Shown piece by piece: positions 50,341-59,693 of a DNA stretch of 64,000 bases. The notes beneath the pieces were generated by a model. That model did not search any database, was not told where the DNA came from, and worked only from the letters and a program-made list of their open reading frames with translations. The stretch covers positions 8,278 through 72,277 of the forward strand of contig JAVETC010000011.1 in NCBI GenBank assembly GCA_034006225.1, written 5' to 3'. Source of the stretch: Desulfuromonas sp. (GTDB lineage: Bacteria; Desulfobacterota; Desulfuromonadia; Desulfuromonadales; Desulfuromonadaceae). Numbering within the stretch: the stretch's first letter is position 1; each line of letters begins with the position of its first letter. The position numbers were made by a program, and so were the translations under genes.

Positions 50341-51138
50341 ATGGGGAACAAACAGATGCCAGTAAAAAAAGATAAATCAGAATACATAATACAAGCTGTT
50401 TCCCATGCACTTGACCTGCTTGAGCAATTTCATGATGAAATTGACGAGCTTGGAGTAACCGAGCTTAGCAAGCGCTTAAAACTCCATAAAAACAATGTTT
50501 TTCGCCTGCTGGCGACCCTTGAATCACGCGGCTATATTGAGCAAAACAAAGCGACTGAGAACTACCGGCTTGGGTTAAAATCACTTGAGCTAGGTCAGAC
50601 ATTCATCAAGCAGATGGGGCTGTTGCGCCAAGCAAAACTTACCCTTGAGCAACTAGTAGAGCAGTGCAACGAAACAGCCTATGTTGCTATCTTCAAAGAG
50701 GACAGCGTTGTCTATCTGGATGTGGTTGAAACCGACATGACGGTACGCGTGGTCTCGCGTGTGGGTTCGCGTCTGCCATCATACTGCACCGCAGCTGGCA
50801 AGGTACACCTATCCCACATGTCTGAAGAAGAGCTAGACTCGCTACTCAGCAAAGAGTTCAAAGGCTACACTCCTACAACGATAACCAGCCGAGAAACTTT
50901 AAAGGTTGAGCTACGCCAAGTTGCAAAAAATGGTTACGCCATCGACAACGAAGAGCTTGATCCTGGAGTACGGTGTATCGCCGCCCCTATCTACGACTAC
51001 ACACGAAGAATTGTTGGTGCCATCAGTCTTTCTGGTCCGTCAATGCGCTTTACCGACACAAGAATCGAAAAAGAGTTGGTGCCGCTAGTCTTAGATGCTG
51101 CGTCCACCCTTTCCACCCGTTTAGGCTATCGTCAATAG
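50341..51138 (+). CDS. IclR-family transcriptional regulator
   Basis: 265 aa. N-terminal wHTH (LGVTELSKRLKLHKNNVFRLLATLESRGYIEQ) and a C-terminal IclR effector domain. An alternative start exists at ATG 50356. Confidence 0.85.
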   Translation: MGNKQMPVKKDKSEYIIQAVSHALDLLEQFHDEIDELGVTELSKRLKLHKNNVFRLLATLESRGYIEQNKATENYRLGLKSLELGQTFIKQMGLLRQAKLTLEQLVEQCNETAYVAIFKEDSVVYLDVVETDMTVRVVSRVGSRLPSYCTAAGKVHLSHMSEEELDSLLSKEFKGYTPTTITSRETLKVELRQVAKNGYAIDNEELDPGVRCIAAPIYDYTRRIVGAISLSGPSMRFTDTRIEKELVPLVLDAASTLSTRLGYRQ

Positions 51139-51184
51139 TCTCCATACCACCAGCCAGCCTCCAAGTTTCCGCTACCTATCTAGA

Positions 51185-51805
51185 TTAATTTCCGGCACCA
51201 CTATTCACTAAAGTTGCATACAACGCAGCCACCCTGTGCTGCAGAGCATCTCGATCAGCAGAATTATCAATAACATAATCAGCTAAGCGCACCTTTTCAC
51301 TTTGTGGTATATGCGCAGCAACCCGCTTTTTAGCATCTGCAATACTGCAACTATCCCGCTTTTGCAAGCGGCGCAACTGTACATCTTCAGCCACAGTAAC
51401 AGTCAACACCCGATCAACCCGATCACGAGCACCAGCCTCAAACAGCAATGGCGCTTCATAGACCACCAAGCCACCAGTTTTCTCCTGGGTGCGGCTAGCC
51501 TGCAGTAGGCGCTTTTTTGACAGTTCTGCTATAGCTGGGTGCATGATCTCTTCCAGCTCCCGTCGCGCCTCTGGCCGAGAGAATACATAATCCCCCAACC
51601 TTTTCCGATCCAAGGTGCCATCAGACTTCAGCATCTGCGCACCAAAACGCTTTTGCACCTGCAGCAATACTGCACTGCCTGGGAGCACCAACTCCCGCGC
51701 CAACTCATCGGCACTTATCACTAGCGCACCCATTTCACCCAGCATTTTAGCTACAGTGCTCTTACCTGAGGCTATGCCTCCAGTTACTCCTAAAATCATA
51801 ACCAC
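51185..51805 (-). CDS. coaE: Dephospho-CoA kinase
   Basis: 206 aa. Motif LGVTGGIASGKST; CoaE length and blocks. Confidence 0.9.
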   Translation of the reverse strand: MVMILGVTGGIASGKSTVAKMLGEMGALVISADELARELVLPGSAVLLQVQKRFGAQMLKSDGTLDRKRLGDYVFSRPEARRELEEIMHPAIAELSKKRLLQASRTQEKTGGLVVYEAPLLFEAGARDRVDRVLTVTVAEDVQLRRLQKRDSCSIADAKKRVAAHIPQSEKVRLADYVIDNSADRDALQHRVAALYATLVNSGAGN

Positions 51806-52025
51806 TCCACAGCTAACTAACTAAAAACATAAGACTATTCTAAAGTACATTTATTGACAACCCTACTAAAGCATGCTAGTTTTCCAGCTCTGTTTATTGC
51901 ACCGATTTTACCTAGCACCATGTAGGAACTAAATACCTACACAATCTAGATCAACAGCGGTGCACTTTAGCAATTTCATTGCCGTTATAGCAATAGTTGC
52001 ATTTAATGCCCACAAGGGGGACACG

Positions 52026-53309
52026 ATGAAACACACTAAGTCCACAGCCTATTTTTCTCAATCCAAACAAGTTATTCCCGGCGGAGTCAATAGCCCCGTG
52101 CGTGCTTTTAAATCAGTCGGTTGCGATCCGCTATTTATTGAGCGTGCCGCTGGTTCCAAAATATATGATGCCGACAACCACAGCTACATTGACTATGTTG
52201 GCTCATGGGGACCGATGATTCTCGGCCACTGTCATCCTAAGGTTGTTGAAGCGATCCAACAGGCGGCCAATAGCGGTGCCTCCTTCGGCGCACCAACCTA
52301 TAAAGAGATTGAGTTAGCCAATATGGTATGTGAGGCATACCCGAATATAGAAAAAGTACGCATGGTCTCTTCTGGCACAGAGGCGACTATGAGTGCCATT
52401 CGTTTGGCTCGTGGCTGCACCAGTCGTGACAAAATTCTCAAATTTGATGGATGCTATCACGGCCACGCCGATTCCCTCTTGGTAAAAGCTGGCAGTGGCG
52501 CGGCAACATTTGGCGTTCCCACCTCGCCAGGCATTCCAGCCGATGTTGCTAAATACACCCTGACAGCCACCTACAATGATCTGGATGAGGTTAAAGCTAT
52601 CGTAGCCGCAAACAAAGGAGAGATTGCCTGCATTATTCTGGAAGCAGTTGCTGGCAATATGGGTTGCGTACCCCCGCTGCCCGGCTTTCTTCAAGGGGTG
52701 CGTGAGCTATGTACAGCCGAAGGGATCATCATGATCGTTGACGAGGTCATGTCCGGCTTCCGCGTCGCCTACGGCGGGGCACAAGAGCGCTTCGACGTCC
52801 ACGGCGACATCGTCTGTCTGGGCAAAATTATTGGCGGCGGGCTGCCAGTCGGAGCATTTGGCGGCAAAAAAGAGTTAATGGATCAACTCTCTCCTGAAGG
52901 TAAAATCTATCAAGCCGGAACTCTGTCGGGCAACCCCTTGGCCATGAGCGCGGGAATTGCCACCCTGAAGCTGTTGCAAGAAGAGGGTTTCTACCAGCAG
53001 GTTGAGGAGAAAAGTGCCTATCTTGAAGCGGGACTTCGTCAAGCAGCTACCGCAGCCGGGGTGACTACCTGCTTGCAACGTGTCGGCGGCATGTTCTGCA
53101 CCTATTTCTGCGCTGGCCCAGTTAACAACTTCAACGATGCCCTCGGCAGCGACACCGAAGCTTTCAGCCGCTACTTCCGCTCCATGTTGGACTCTGGCAT
53201 CAACCTAGCACCATCACAATTTGAGGCTGGTTTTATGAGCATCGCCCACTCCCGCGATGATTTAGATCAGACAATTGCAGCAGCAGCACAGGCCTTTAGT
53301 GCAGTTTAA
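52026..53309 (+). CDS. hemL: Glutamate-1-semialdehyde 2,1-aminomutase
   Basis: Start set to MKHTKS, which follows AAGGGGG. Blocks [19 protein letters not shown] and [15 protein letters not shown]. Confidence 0.95.
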   Translation: MKHTKSTAYFSQSKQVIPGGVNSPVRAFKSVGCDPLFIERAAGSKIYDADNHSYIDYVGSWGPMILGHCHPKVVEAIQQAANSGASFGAPTYKEIELANMVCEAYPNIEKVRMVSSGTEATMSAIRLARGCTSRDKILKFDGCYHGHADSLLVKAGSGAATFGVPTSPGIPADVAKYTLTATYNDLDEVKAIVAANKGEIACIILEAVAGNMGCVPPLPGFLQGVRELCTAEGIIMIVDEVMSGFRVAYGGAQERFDVHGDIVCLGKIIGGGLPVGAFGGKKELMDQLSPEGKIYQAGTLSGNPLAMSAGIATLKLLQEEGFYQQVEEKSAYLEAGLRQAATAAGVTTCLQRVGGMFCTYFCAGPVNNFNDALGSDTEAFSRYFRSMLDSGINLAPSQFEAGFMSIAHSRDDLDQTIAAAAQAFSAV

Positions 53310-53317
53310 TTTAAGCA

Positions 53318-53358
53318 CCTCTCAGCCATAGAGAAGCCAAAAAAATATGGCTGAGAGG
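53318..53358 (+). terminator. Hairpin after hemL
   Basis: 13-bp stem cctctcagccata/tatggctgagagg. Confidence 0.5.
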
Positions 53359-53455
53359 CCTTCGCGCTACAGGGTCAAAGCTGACTTAATTATTTACAAT
53401 ATCCCAATAAATAGTTATGGTTAGAGTGCTGCGTTCGCCCCCACACAGGACTGCC

Positions 53456-55045
53456 ATGGAAACCATACACGACCAACGGATAGAAGATGCGTTAATCGGC
53501 CTCGCCAAACTCCTGAAGAACGTCAGTTACTATCCGGACGGGCATCCATCTCTTAACAACGCTATAGCGCAATCTATAAAATTGTTTGGCACGGTGAACT
53601 TAGCCAGCCAAGAGCCTTTAGTGTTAATCGTTTCGCGGCAGGGATTTTTTCTCGATCACGGCCAGCTAGAAAGCAAAAATCCGCTCATCAACACCCTGGC
53701 TCAACGCCTTTTTTTCCACAAAATCAAGAGATTAACGCTATTTCCTGATTTACTGGATCGCCACCTGCTAGCTTTTGCACGCCTTATCTGTGAAGAACCG
53801 GTAGCCATCATAGATAAAGGTGGTATTGCCGAGCTACTGGATAGGCAACTTGTCTCCACTATCTCCATCAACATGCTCAATCTGAGCGCAGCCGCCAGCC
53901 GCAAGAATAAACTCGAACAGCAACAGGGCAGTACTTCCGTTGATGGCGCGGGCAAGCCCGACCAAAGCTCCAGCAACAAAGCATCTAACGATATCTTTCA
54001 GAGCAACGCTCATGGAGTATCCATACACGAACTGCTGCAGCAACTCGACGGCATTCTGCACCAGCCAACGAAAGAGAAAGAACCTCTATTTCTGCGCACC
54101 GTGGGACAGCTAAGCAAAATTATGCGCCAGATGATCAACGATGCCAGTCGCATGCAAACGCTGCCCGCGCTGCAACAGCTAGACTGTTGGATACAGAACT
54201 CATCGCTAAATCAACGTTTTGTTAACGTTTTAAAACAGGCGGTACGCTCTCTAGGCAGCCAAGAACTTGTAGATCTACTCATTGACAACGCCAGCGACAC
54301 GCCACAGCAAAATCTGGCACGTCACCTAATTGCCGAATTGAACAGTAATACTGGCGTAATACTTATCGATCGCTTGAGCAACGAGACCAATACGCGCTTA
54401 CGCAAATTCATCAGCCAACTCTTGGTGAGCAGAGGCGAGCAGGTGTTTGCGCCACTAATTGCCAGCCTCAACAATGAGCGCTGGTTTGTCGTGCGTAATG
54501 CCGTGGCAATTTTGGGAGAAAGTCGCGACGAACGCCTTGTCCCCACCTTTGCGAGCCAACTCAACCACTCTGACGCTCGCGTAGTTAATGAGGCTATCCG
54601 TGCTTTAGCGCGGATTAAAACTACCAGTTCCAGCCAAGCACTTATCGACCACCTCAGCTCCGGCAACAGCGATTTTCCACAACAGATAATCTTGGCATTA
54701 GGCGCACTGGCTGACCCGATTGCGGTACCGTACTTGACATCAATCGCCACCAGATCTGACCCGTTCCTGCGCAATAAAACCCTAACCAAGGTGGCCATAG
54801 CAGCCTTAGGTGAAATTGGTGCGCCCGAGGCGGTTCCAACCCTGATCAAACTGTTGCAGCGCATCAAGCTGTTAAAACGTGCTGAATACGCCGAGATTCG
54901 CTGCCAAGCTGCGCTCACCCTAGGCAGTTTTAATGACAGCGCCAGCCTAAAAGCGCTACAGCGGGTCAGCAAATCATCCCAGCGCAACTTGGCCGCAGCA
55001 GCACGACAAGCACTACGTCAGCGAGGCGAGGCTGACAATGGCTAA
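53456..55045 (+). CDS. HEAT-repeat (PBS-lyase-type) protein with an N-terminal domain homologous to that of the downstream HD-GYP protein
   Basis: Start set to METIHDQ. C-terminal HEAT-like units (RWFVVRNAVAILGE, ARVVNEAIRALARI, ...). The N-terminus carries a YPDGHP motif. Confidence 0.65.
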   Translation: METIHDQRIEDALIGLAKLLKNVSYYPDGHPSLNNAIAQSIKLFGTVNLASQEPLVLIVSRQGFFLDHGQLESKNPLINTLAQRLFFHKIKRLTLFPDLLDRHLLAFARLICEEPVAIIDKGGIAELLDRQLVSTISINMLNLSAAASRKNKLEQQQGSTSVDGAGKPDQSSSNKASNDIFQSNAHGVSIHELLQQLDGILHQPTKEKEPLFLRTVGQLSKIMRQMINDASRMQTLPALQQLDCWIQNSSLNQRFVNVLKQAVRSLGSQELVDLLIDNASDTPQQNLARHLIAELNSNTGVILIDRLSNETNTRLRKFISQLLVSRGEQVFAPLIASLNNERWFVVRNAVAILGESRDERLVPTFASQLNHSDARVVNEAIRALARIKTTSSSQALIDHLSSGNSDFPQQIILALGALADPIAVPYLTSIATRSDPFLRNKTLTKVAIAALGEIGAPEAVPTLIKLLQRIKLLKRAEYAEIRCQAALTLGSFNDSASLKALQRVSKSSQRNLAAAARQALRQRGEADNG

Positions 55046-56384
55046 TACCCTACACACCAACTTCCTTCATGCACTCAATGGTGTTCTCAATGGTTTAAAT
55101 CTATACCCAAGCCAGCACCCCGCCAATGCCACTTTGCAAAAAGCACTGTGGACAGCTCTGCAGCAGTTAGCCAAACACGAAAAGCTAACAACGATTGGCG
55201 TCGTGGAGCAGGCACTTTTCTTTAACAATCAGCTCTACCCAGAAAATCACTCAGTAGCAGCCACCATGGCGCACAAGTTATCCCATTATAATATTGCCGG
55301 GATAGAGATAAGCGCCGAGACAACAGAGAGAGAGCTAAATACTTTCATTGATCTGTTCAGTCAGGGTAGGTTGAACGGGGACAATTTTGACCAACTACTG
55401 CAGCAGCACAATATCTACCACATTCGTCACATAGATCGCATTGATGATAACAACTACGCCAGTCAGGCGCGCGCCACCTACGCCCAAGCACTCAACACTA
55501 TAGAGGTTATTGGCACCAGTGTAGAGAACGACGAGAAACCATCATCAGAACAGCTCATACCCACAGTAGAAAAAATGGTGCGCCAAACAGTGAAAAGCCC
55601 GTATGCGCTGTTAGCATTAAGCATGATCAAAGATTACGATAACTACACCTACACCCATTCGGTGAATGTACCGGTTATCGCACTGGCCATAGGACGTGTC
55701 TGTAAATTGAGCAGCGACGATCTTAACATCCTCGGCGTTGGAACCCTGTTACACGATCTAGGTAAGCTTAAAATTGACCCAGGCCTGATAAAAAAACCGG
55801 GAAGACTTACACCATCTGAATATCATCAAATCAAGTTGCATCCAGAGTTCGGTGCCAGAATAGCGGAACAGATGGATGATATCGACCCGCGCATCAAGGA
55901 GATTATCCTCGGGCACCACCAGCAGTATGATCATACCGGCTATCCGGACAATCTCAGCAAATTTATCAGTCCCGATCTGGTAGATATCGCTACAGTTGCC
56001 GACACCTATGATGCTATCACCTCGCTACGCGTCTACCATCGGTCGAAAACTCCCCGTGAGGCGATTACAATTATGCACGGACTGTCCGGCACACAGTTTA
56101 ATCCGCACTATGTGCAAGCACTGGAGCAAACCCTGGGATCTTTCCCAGTTGGCAGCCTAGTTAGATTGTTCAATAATGAGATTGGCCTAGTAGTAAACAT
56201 GGATGCCAACAACACTGATAACAGCACCGTTAGAATTGTAAAAGACAGTGGCGGAAACACCATATCCACCCCCTACGATATGGAACTCAGTAACAGCGAT
56301 CAGGAGATTGTCGGTGAAGTAGATCCATTGGTGCATAATGTGGATGTCAGCAAGACGCTGGGAGCACAACCGCAGGAGAGTTGA
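55038..56384 (+). CDS. HD-GYP domain c-di-GMP phosphodiesterase-type protein
   Basis: 448 aa. Motifs HSVNV, LLHDLGK and HHQQYDHTGYP (HD...GYP). Overlaps the upstream gene by 8 nt. Confidence 0.85.
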   Translation: MANTLHTNFLHALNGVLNGLNLYPSQHPANATLQKALWTALQQLAKHEKLTTIGVVEQALFFNNQLYPENHSVAATMAHKLSHYNIAGIEISAETTERELNTFIDLFSQGRLNGDNFDQLLQQHNIYHIRHIDRIDDNNYASQARATYAQALNTIEVIGTSVENDEKPSSEQLIPTVEKMVRQTVKSPYALLALSMIKDYDNYTYTHSVNVPVIALAIGRVCKLSSDDLNILGVGTLLHDLGKLKIDPGLIKKPGRLTPSEYHQIKLHPEFGARIAEQMDDIDPRIKEIILGHHQQYDHTGYPDNLSKFISPDLVDIATVADTYDAITSLRVYHRSKTPREAITIMHGLSGTQFNPHYVQALEQTLGSFPVGSLVRLFNNEIGLVVNMDANNTDNSTVRIVKDSGGNTISTPYDMELSNSDQEIVGEVDPLVHNVDVSKTLGAQPQES

Positions 56385-56409
56385 AGCTTAGTTAAATAGC
56401 ACTCAACGA

Positions 56410-56979
56410 CTAACTAATCTGTAGAGCACCCAAAGCAGTAACTGCGGCCACGCGCACATCAACACGCTGATCCTGAGCATATTCACTTAAAATAGGCGCA
56501 CTCTTGGCGAATCCCAACCGACCCAAAGCGGTTAATGCGGCAGCACTCAGCTCTGTGTTGGCTTGACGGCACACTGTCTCCAAGTAGGGCAACAGACGCT
56601 CATCCTGATAACCGCCCAAAGCCTCAGCGGCATAAACCGCTACCGCCACCACCGGATCCTTCAAACTCTGAACTAGAGCAGCCAACGCCTGCGGCAGACG
56701 CTTCTCCCCTAGCAACTGTACCGCCACTGCACGCACATCAGCATCAGCATCACGCACCAGCTCAAGCAACAGAGCACAGCCAGCATTATCATTTACTGAG
56801 CGCAAAGCATACACAGCCGCGATGCGTTCCTGCCGTGTGCCGACCGCCAACTTTTGTTGCAACGCCACCAGACTATAGCGGCTATCTAACACCTCCAGCG
56901 CCTGAGCTGCAGCACGGCGCACAGCTATCTCTTCATCCTGCAAAGCACGCAACAGTACCTCACGACGGTCTATAGGCAT
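56410..56979 (-). CDS. HEAT-repeat protein
   Basis: 189 aa of tandem units of the type VRRAAAQALEVL, RIAAVYALRSV, VRAVAVQLLG, VRVAAVTALGAL. It lies 29 nt downstream of pyk. Confidence 0.7.
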   Translation of the reverse strand: MPIDRREVLLRALQDEEIAVRRAAAQALEVLDSRYSLVALQQKLAVGTRQERIAAVYALRSVNDNAGCALLLELVRDADADVRAVAVQLLGEKRLPQALAALVQSLKDPVVAVAVYAAEALGGYQDERLLPYLETVCRQANTELSAAALTALGRLGFAKSAPILSEYAQDQRVDVRVAAVTALGALQIS

Positions 56980-57008
56980 ATTTTCACTCCACGCAGCATC
57001 TTTGGTTC

Positions 57009-58421
57009 TTAACTGCCTATCTCAATAACTTTGAGCAAGTTGGTTGAGCCGGGATGCCACAATGGCGTTCCCGCAGTAACAATAATACGCTCCCCAGCCA
57101 CGGCAAGACCAAGCTTCTTCACCTCTTCTGCAGAGCCCAGCAACATCTCATCGGTATCGTTATATGCCTCGGTCAAGACTGGCACTACTCCCCACAACAG
57201 ATTCATCTGACGGTAAATCAAGGCACTAGGAGTCAATGCCACAATAGGGCAACGGGGACGAAACCTGGATACACAGCTGGCGGTAAAACCTGACTGCGTG
57301 TACGCAAGAATAGCCGCTGCCTGCAGATCGTTGGCCAGCCAGCCCGCTGCCCGCCCCACAGCCCAAGCTACAGTCGGTGGAGCGGGATCTTCCTGATTCA
57401 AGTCCAGAGCGTTGCCCACAAATGGCTCAGTTGCTACAGCTATTCTATGCAAAATTTGCGTCGCCTGCACGGGATATTTACCCGCAGCAGTTTCATCGGA
57501 CAGCATCACCGCGTCAGTTCCATCATAGATAGCATTGGCTACATCGGTAGCCTCAGCTCTGGTTGGGCGCGGACTGACCACCATGCTCGACAACATCTGA
57601 GTGGCCGTAATCACGCTGCGCCCAGCTAGACGCGCCTTCTTGATCAACTGTTTCTGCAACACAGGCACCCGCTCCAGCGGCATTTCGACCCCGAGATCTC
57701 CACGGGCAACCATGATACCGTTTACTAGAGCGAGAATCTCATCGATATTGGCCACAGCCTGAGGTTTTTCGATCTTTGCTATCAAATGTGGTCGATACGC
57801 AGCGCTGTCGAGTAGAGCACGGATCTGCTCCAAATCGGCAGCACTGCGCACAAAGGATAGCGCAACTATATCAACTCCCTGCTCGAGACCAAAGAGTAGA
57901 TCCTCCCTATCTTTTTCAGTGAACGCGGAGATACGCAGATTGCTCGTCGGTAGATTGACCCCTTTGCGCGAATAGGCCACGCCACCAGTTATCACCTCAC
58001 AATGCACCAGTTCACCGACAATGGAATCAACGCGCAACTCCATCAAACCATCAGCCAACATAATGGGATCGTCGATTTTAACGTCATGATGCAGACTGGG
58101 GCAATCAACCAGCAGAGCGTCAAGAGCCACATCGGCAACTGCGCACAGGGCAACCATCTCGCCCGGCACTAGACGCACACCCTCCTCGGGCAGAACCCCC
58201 AAACGAATCTTGGGCCCACACAGATCCTGTAAAATAGCAACCGGCTTACCCGCTTGCTGGGATAGATAGCGGATCATCTTTATCAATTTGCCGTGTGATG
58301 CATGGTCGCCATGAGAAAAGTTTAGGCGGGCTACATCCATCCCCGCGCCTATCATCGCGCTCAAAATCTCTTCTGATGCCGAAGCGGGGCCGACCGTACA
58401 GACTATCTTTGTTCGCCGCAT
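57009..58421 (-). CDS. pyk: Pyruvate kinase
   Basis: 470 aa. Blocks MRRTKIVCTVGPAS, NFSHG, MVARGDLGVE and ATQMLSSM. Confidence 0.95.
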   Translation of the reverse strand: MRRTKIVCTVGPASASEEILSAMIGAGMDVARLNFSHGDHASHGKLIKMIRYLSQQAGKPVAILQDLCGPKIRLGVLPEEGVRLVPGEMVALCAVADVALDALLVDCPSLHHDVKIDDPIMLADGLMELRVDSIVGELVHCEVITGGVAYSRKGVNLPTSNLRISAFTEKDREDLLFGLEQGVDIVALSFVRSAADLEQIRALLDSAAYRPHLIAKIEKPQAVANIDEILALVNGIMVARGDLGVEMPLERVPVLQKQLIKKARLAGRSVITATQMLSSMVVSPRPTRAEATDVANAIYDGTDAVMLSDETAAGKYPVQATQILHRIAVATEPFVGNALDLNQEDPAPPTVAWAVGRAAGWLANDLQAAAILAYTQSGFTASCVSRFRPRCPIVALTPSALIYRQMNLLWGVVPVLTEAYNDTDEMLLGSAEEVKKLGLAVAGERIIVTAGTPLWHPGSTNLLKVIEIGS

Positions 58422-58467
58422 GGAGCATATCTCCTCAAGCTAGACAATCACTGCGCCTGAACTTCAA

Positions 58468-59187
58468 CTACTTTACGTGACAGCCACTACAGCTAACTGG
58501 GCCGTTATTCTGTTTATGACAATCTTTACACAATTTGTGGGCGCGAGTCTTACCCAGCTCGAACGCAGCTGGAACACCTTCACCATGACATACCGCACAG
58601 CCATATTTTTCACCATGCTGCGCATGCTTCAAGGTTACATCGCCTTTAGTATTTTTAATCACCAAGATTTCAACTGCAGTATTATCAGTTGCAGCAACTT
58701 CAGTCGCAGCAGCAACCACATTTGAGAGTAAAGCTTGGCCGGCAGGGACAGCTTCTGATGTTGTAGCAGAGGCACTATCGGTAACAGGAGCAGCACTATC
58801 TACGGCTTTATCTACCAAAGTGTTTAACAGATTGCCACCATCTTGCTGCACCGCACTAGCTTGCTGCTGCACTGTCGCCACCGCCTGAGTAACCTTTTCC
58901 TGCGCCACAACAGCTCCAGCTGCTAAATCTTTTGCTGCTGTCTCTTTAACCTCTTGCACTGCCTGTTCAGCTGCCACTCCAGCCTGCTGTAGTTTTTCCT
59001 TACCAGCATCAACAACTGCATCAACCTGCTCAACCGCGTCGTTGACTACAGCCTTAGTCTGCTCCACCACAGATGTTGTGGCTGCAGGCTCAACCTGAAC
59101 AGCCTTTTCTACAACCGGTTCACTCTTCTGTTCACAACCACCAATTAGCACAGCTAACGCCACTACAACCAGAACAATTGATCTCAT
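58468..59187 (-). CDS. Lipoprotein with a long Ala/Val/Gln/Glu-rich linker and a C-terminal triheme cytochrome c7 (PpcA-like) domain
   Basis: Start set to MRSIVLVV, which follows GGAGG. Lipobox LIGGC. The last 70 aa, VTLKHAQHGEKYGCAVCH...CKDCH...CSGCHVK, carry three CxxCH motifs spaced as in c7. Confidence 0.75.
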   Translation of the reverse strand: MRSIVLVVVALAVLIGGCEQKSEPVVEKAVQVEPAATTSVVEQTKAVVNDAVEQVDAVVDAGKEKLQQAGVAAEQAVQEVKETAAKDLAAGAVVAQEKVTQAVATVQQQASAVQQDGGNLLNTLVDKAVDSAAPVTDSASATTSEAVPAGQALLSNVVAAATEVAATDNTAVEILVIKNTKGDVTLKHAQHGEKYGCAVCHGEGVPAAFELGKTRAHKLCKDCHKQNNGPVSCSGCHVK

Positions 59188-59406
59188 AACCCCTCCGTAA
59201 AACACAGTTATTAAAACTACCTCAATAAAATCTACCTAGATTTTATTCCTAAACAGAGATTAATCTATTTCTTCCCCTCTGTCTAGCGGATGGGTATATT
59301 CCGCAGCAATACAGCAATAAAATAGTTAGTGTAGTCAGCCCTTGCAAAACCGGCTGTGTTCCGGCATCTTAGAGCAACATCAGCCGACATAAATAAGGAG
59401 CATTAA

Positions 59407-59679
59407 ATGGATCTCTTTCAACAACTCAATAAAGCGATAGATGAAGAGTATGAGCATGGTGAATTGCCAGAAAATTTGCTCACACCGTTGCGGCAAGTCA
59501 GTCAAAATCCCGAGCGCTTTGCCGCCCACTTAGCTACCGTTGAAACCTTGTTAAAACAGATTAAGGCGTTTGAACCCTATTGCGATTGTGGCTGCTTTGC
59601 TGAAGGTTTTGATGCCAAAGCAGTGAATAGAACGCTTGAACAGCTGGGAATAATTGGTAAACATAGCGCAACAAAATAG
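59407..59679 (+). CDS. Hypothetical 90-aa protein with a CDCGC motif
   Basis: An AAGGAG RBS lies 7 nt upstream of the ATG. I recognise no family. Confidence 0.45.
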   Translation: MDLFQQLNKAIDEEYEHGELPENLLTPLRQVSQNPERFAAHLATVETLLKQIKAFEPYCDCGCFAEGFDAKAVNRTLEQLGIIGKHSATK

Positions 59680-59693
59680 GTCAGGAGAGCAGT

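Noticed and set aside
50321-50365. 14-codon uORF overlapping the IclR start.
   Set aside because: No RBS, and it is too short to support as a gene. It is mentioned only as context within the AT-rich leader finding.
54322-54987. 221-aa minus-strand ORF antisense to the HEAT-repeat gene. Similar long antisense ORFs occur at 15741..16256 (in hemY), 33643..34206 and 33064..33546 (in the LtaS-family gene), 29331..29801 (in nudF) and 56535..56975 (in the HEAT gene).
   Set aside because: Each is fully embedded opposite a gene with clear family motifs. They have Arg/Ser/Ala-rich low-complexity translations and no RBS, which is typical of antisense frames of Ala/Leu-rich genes.
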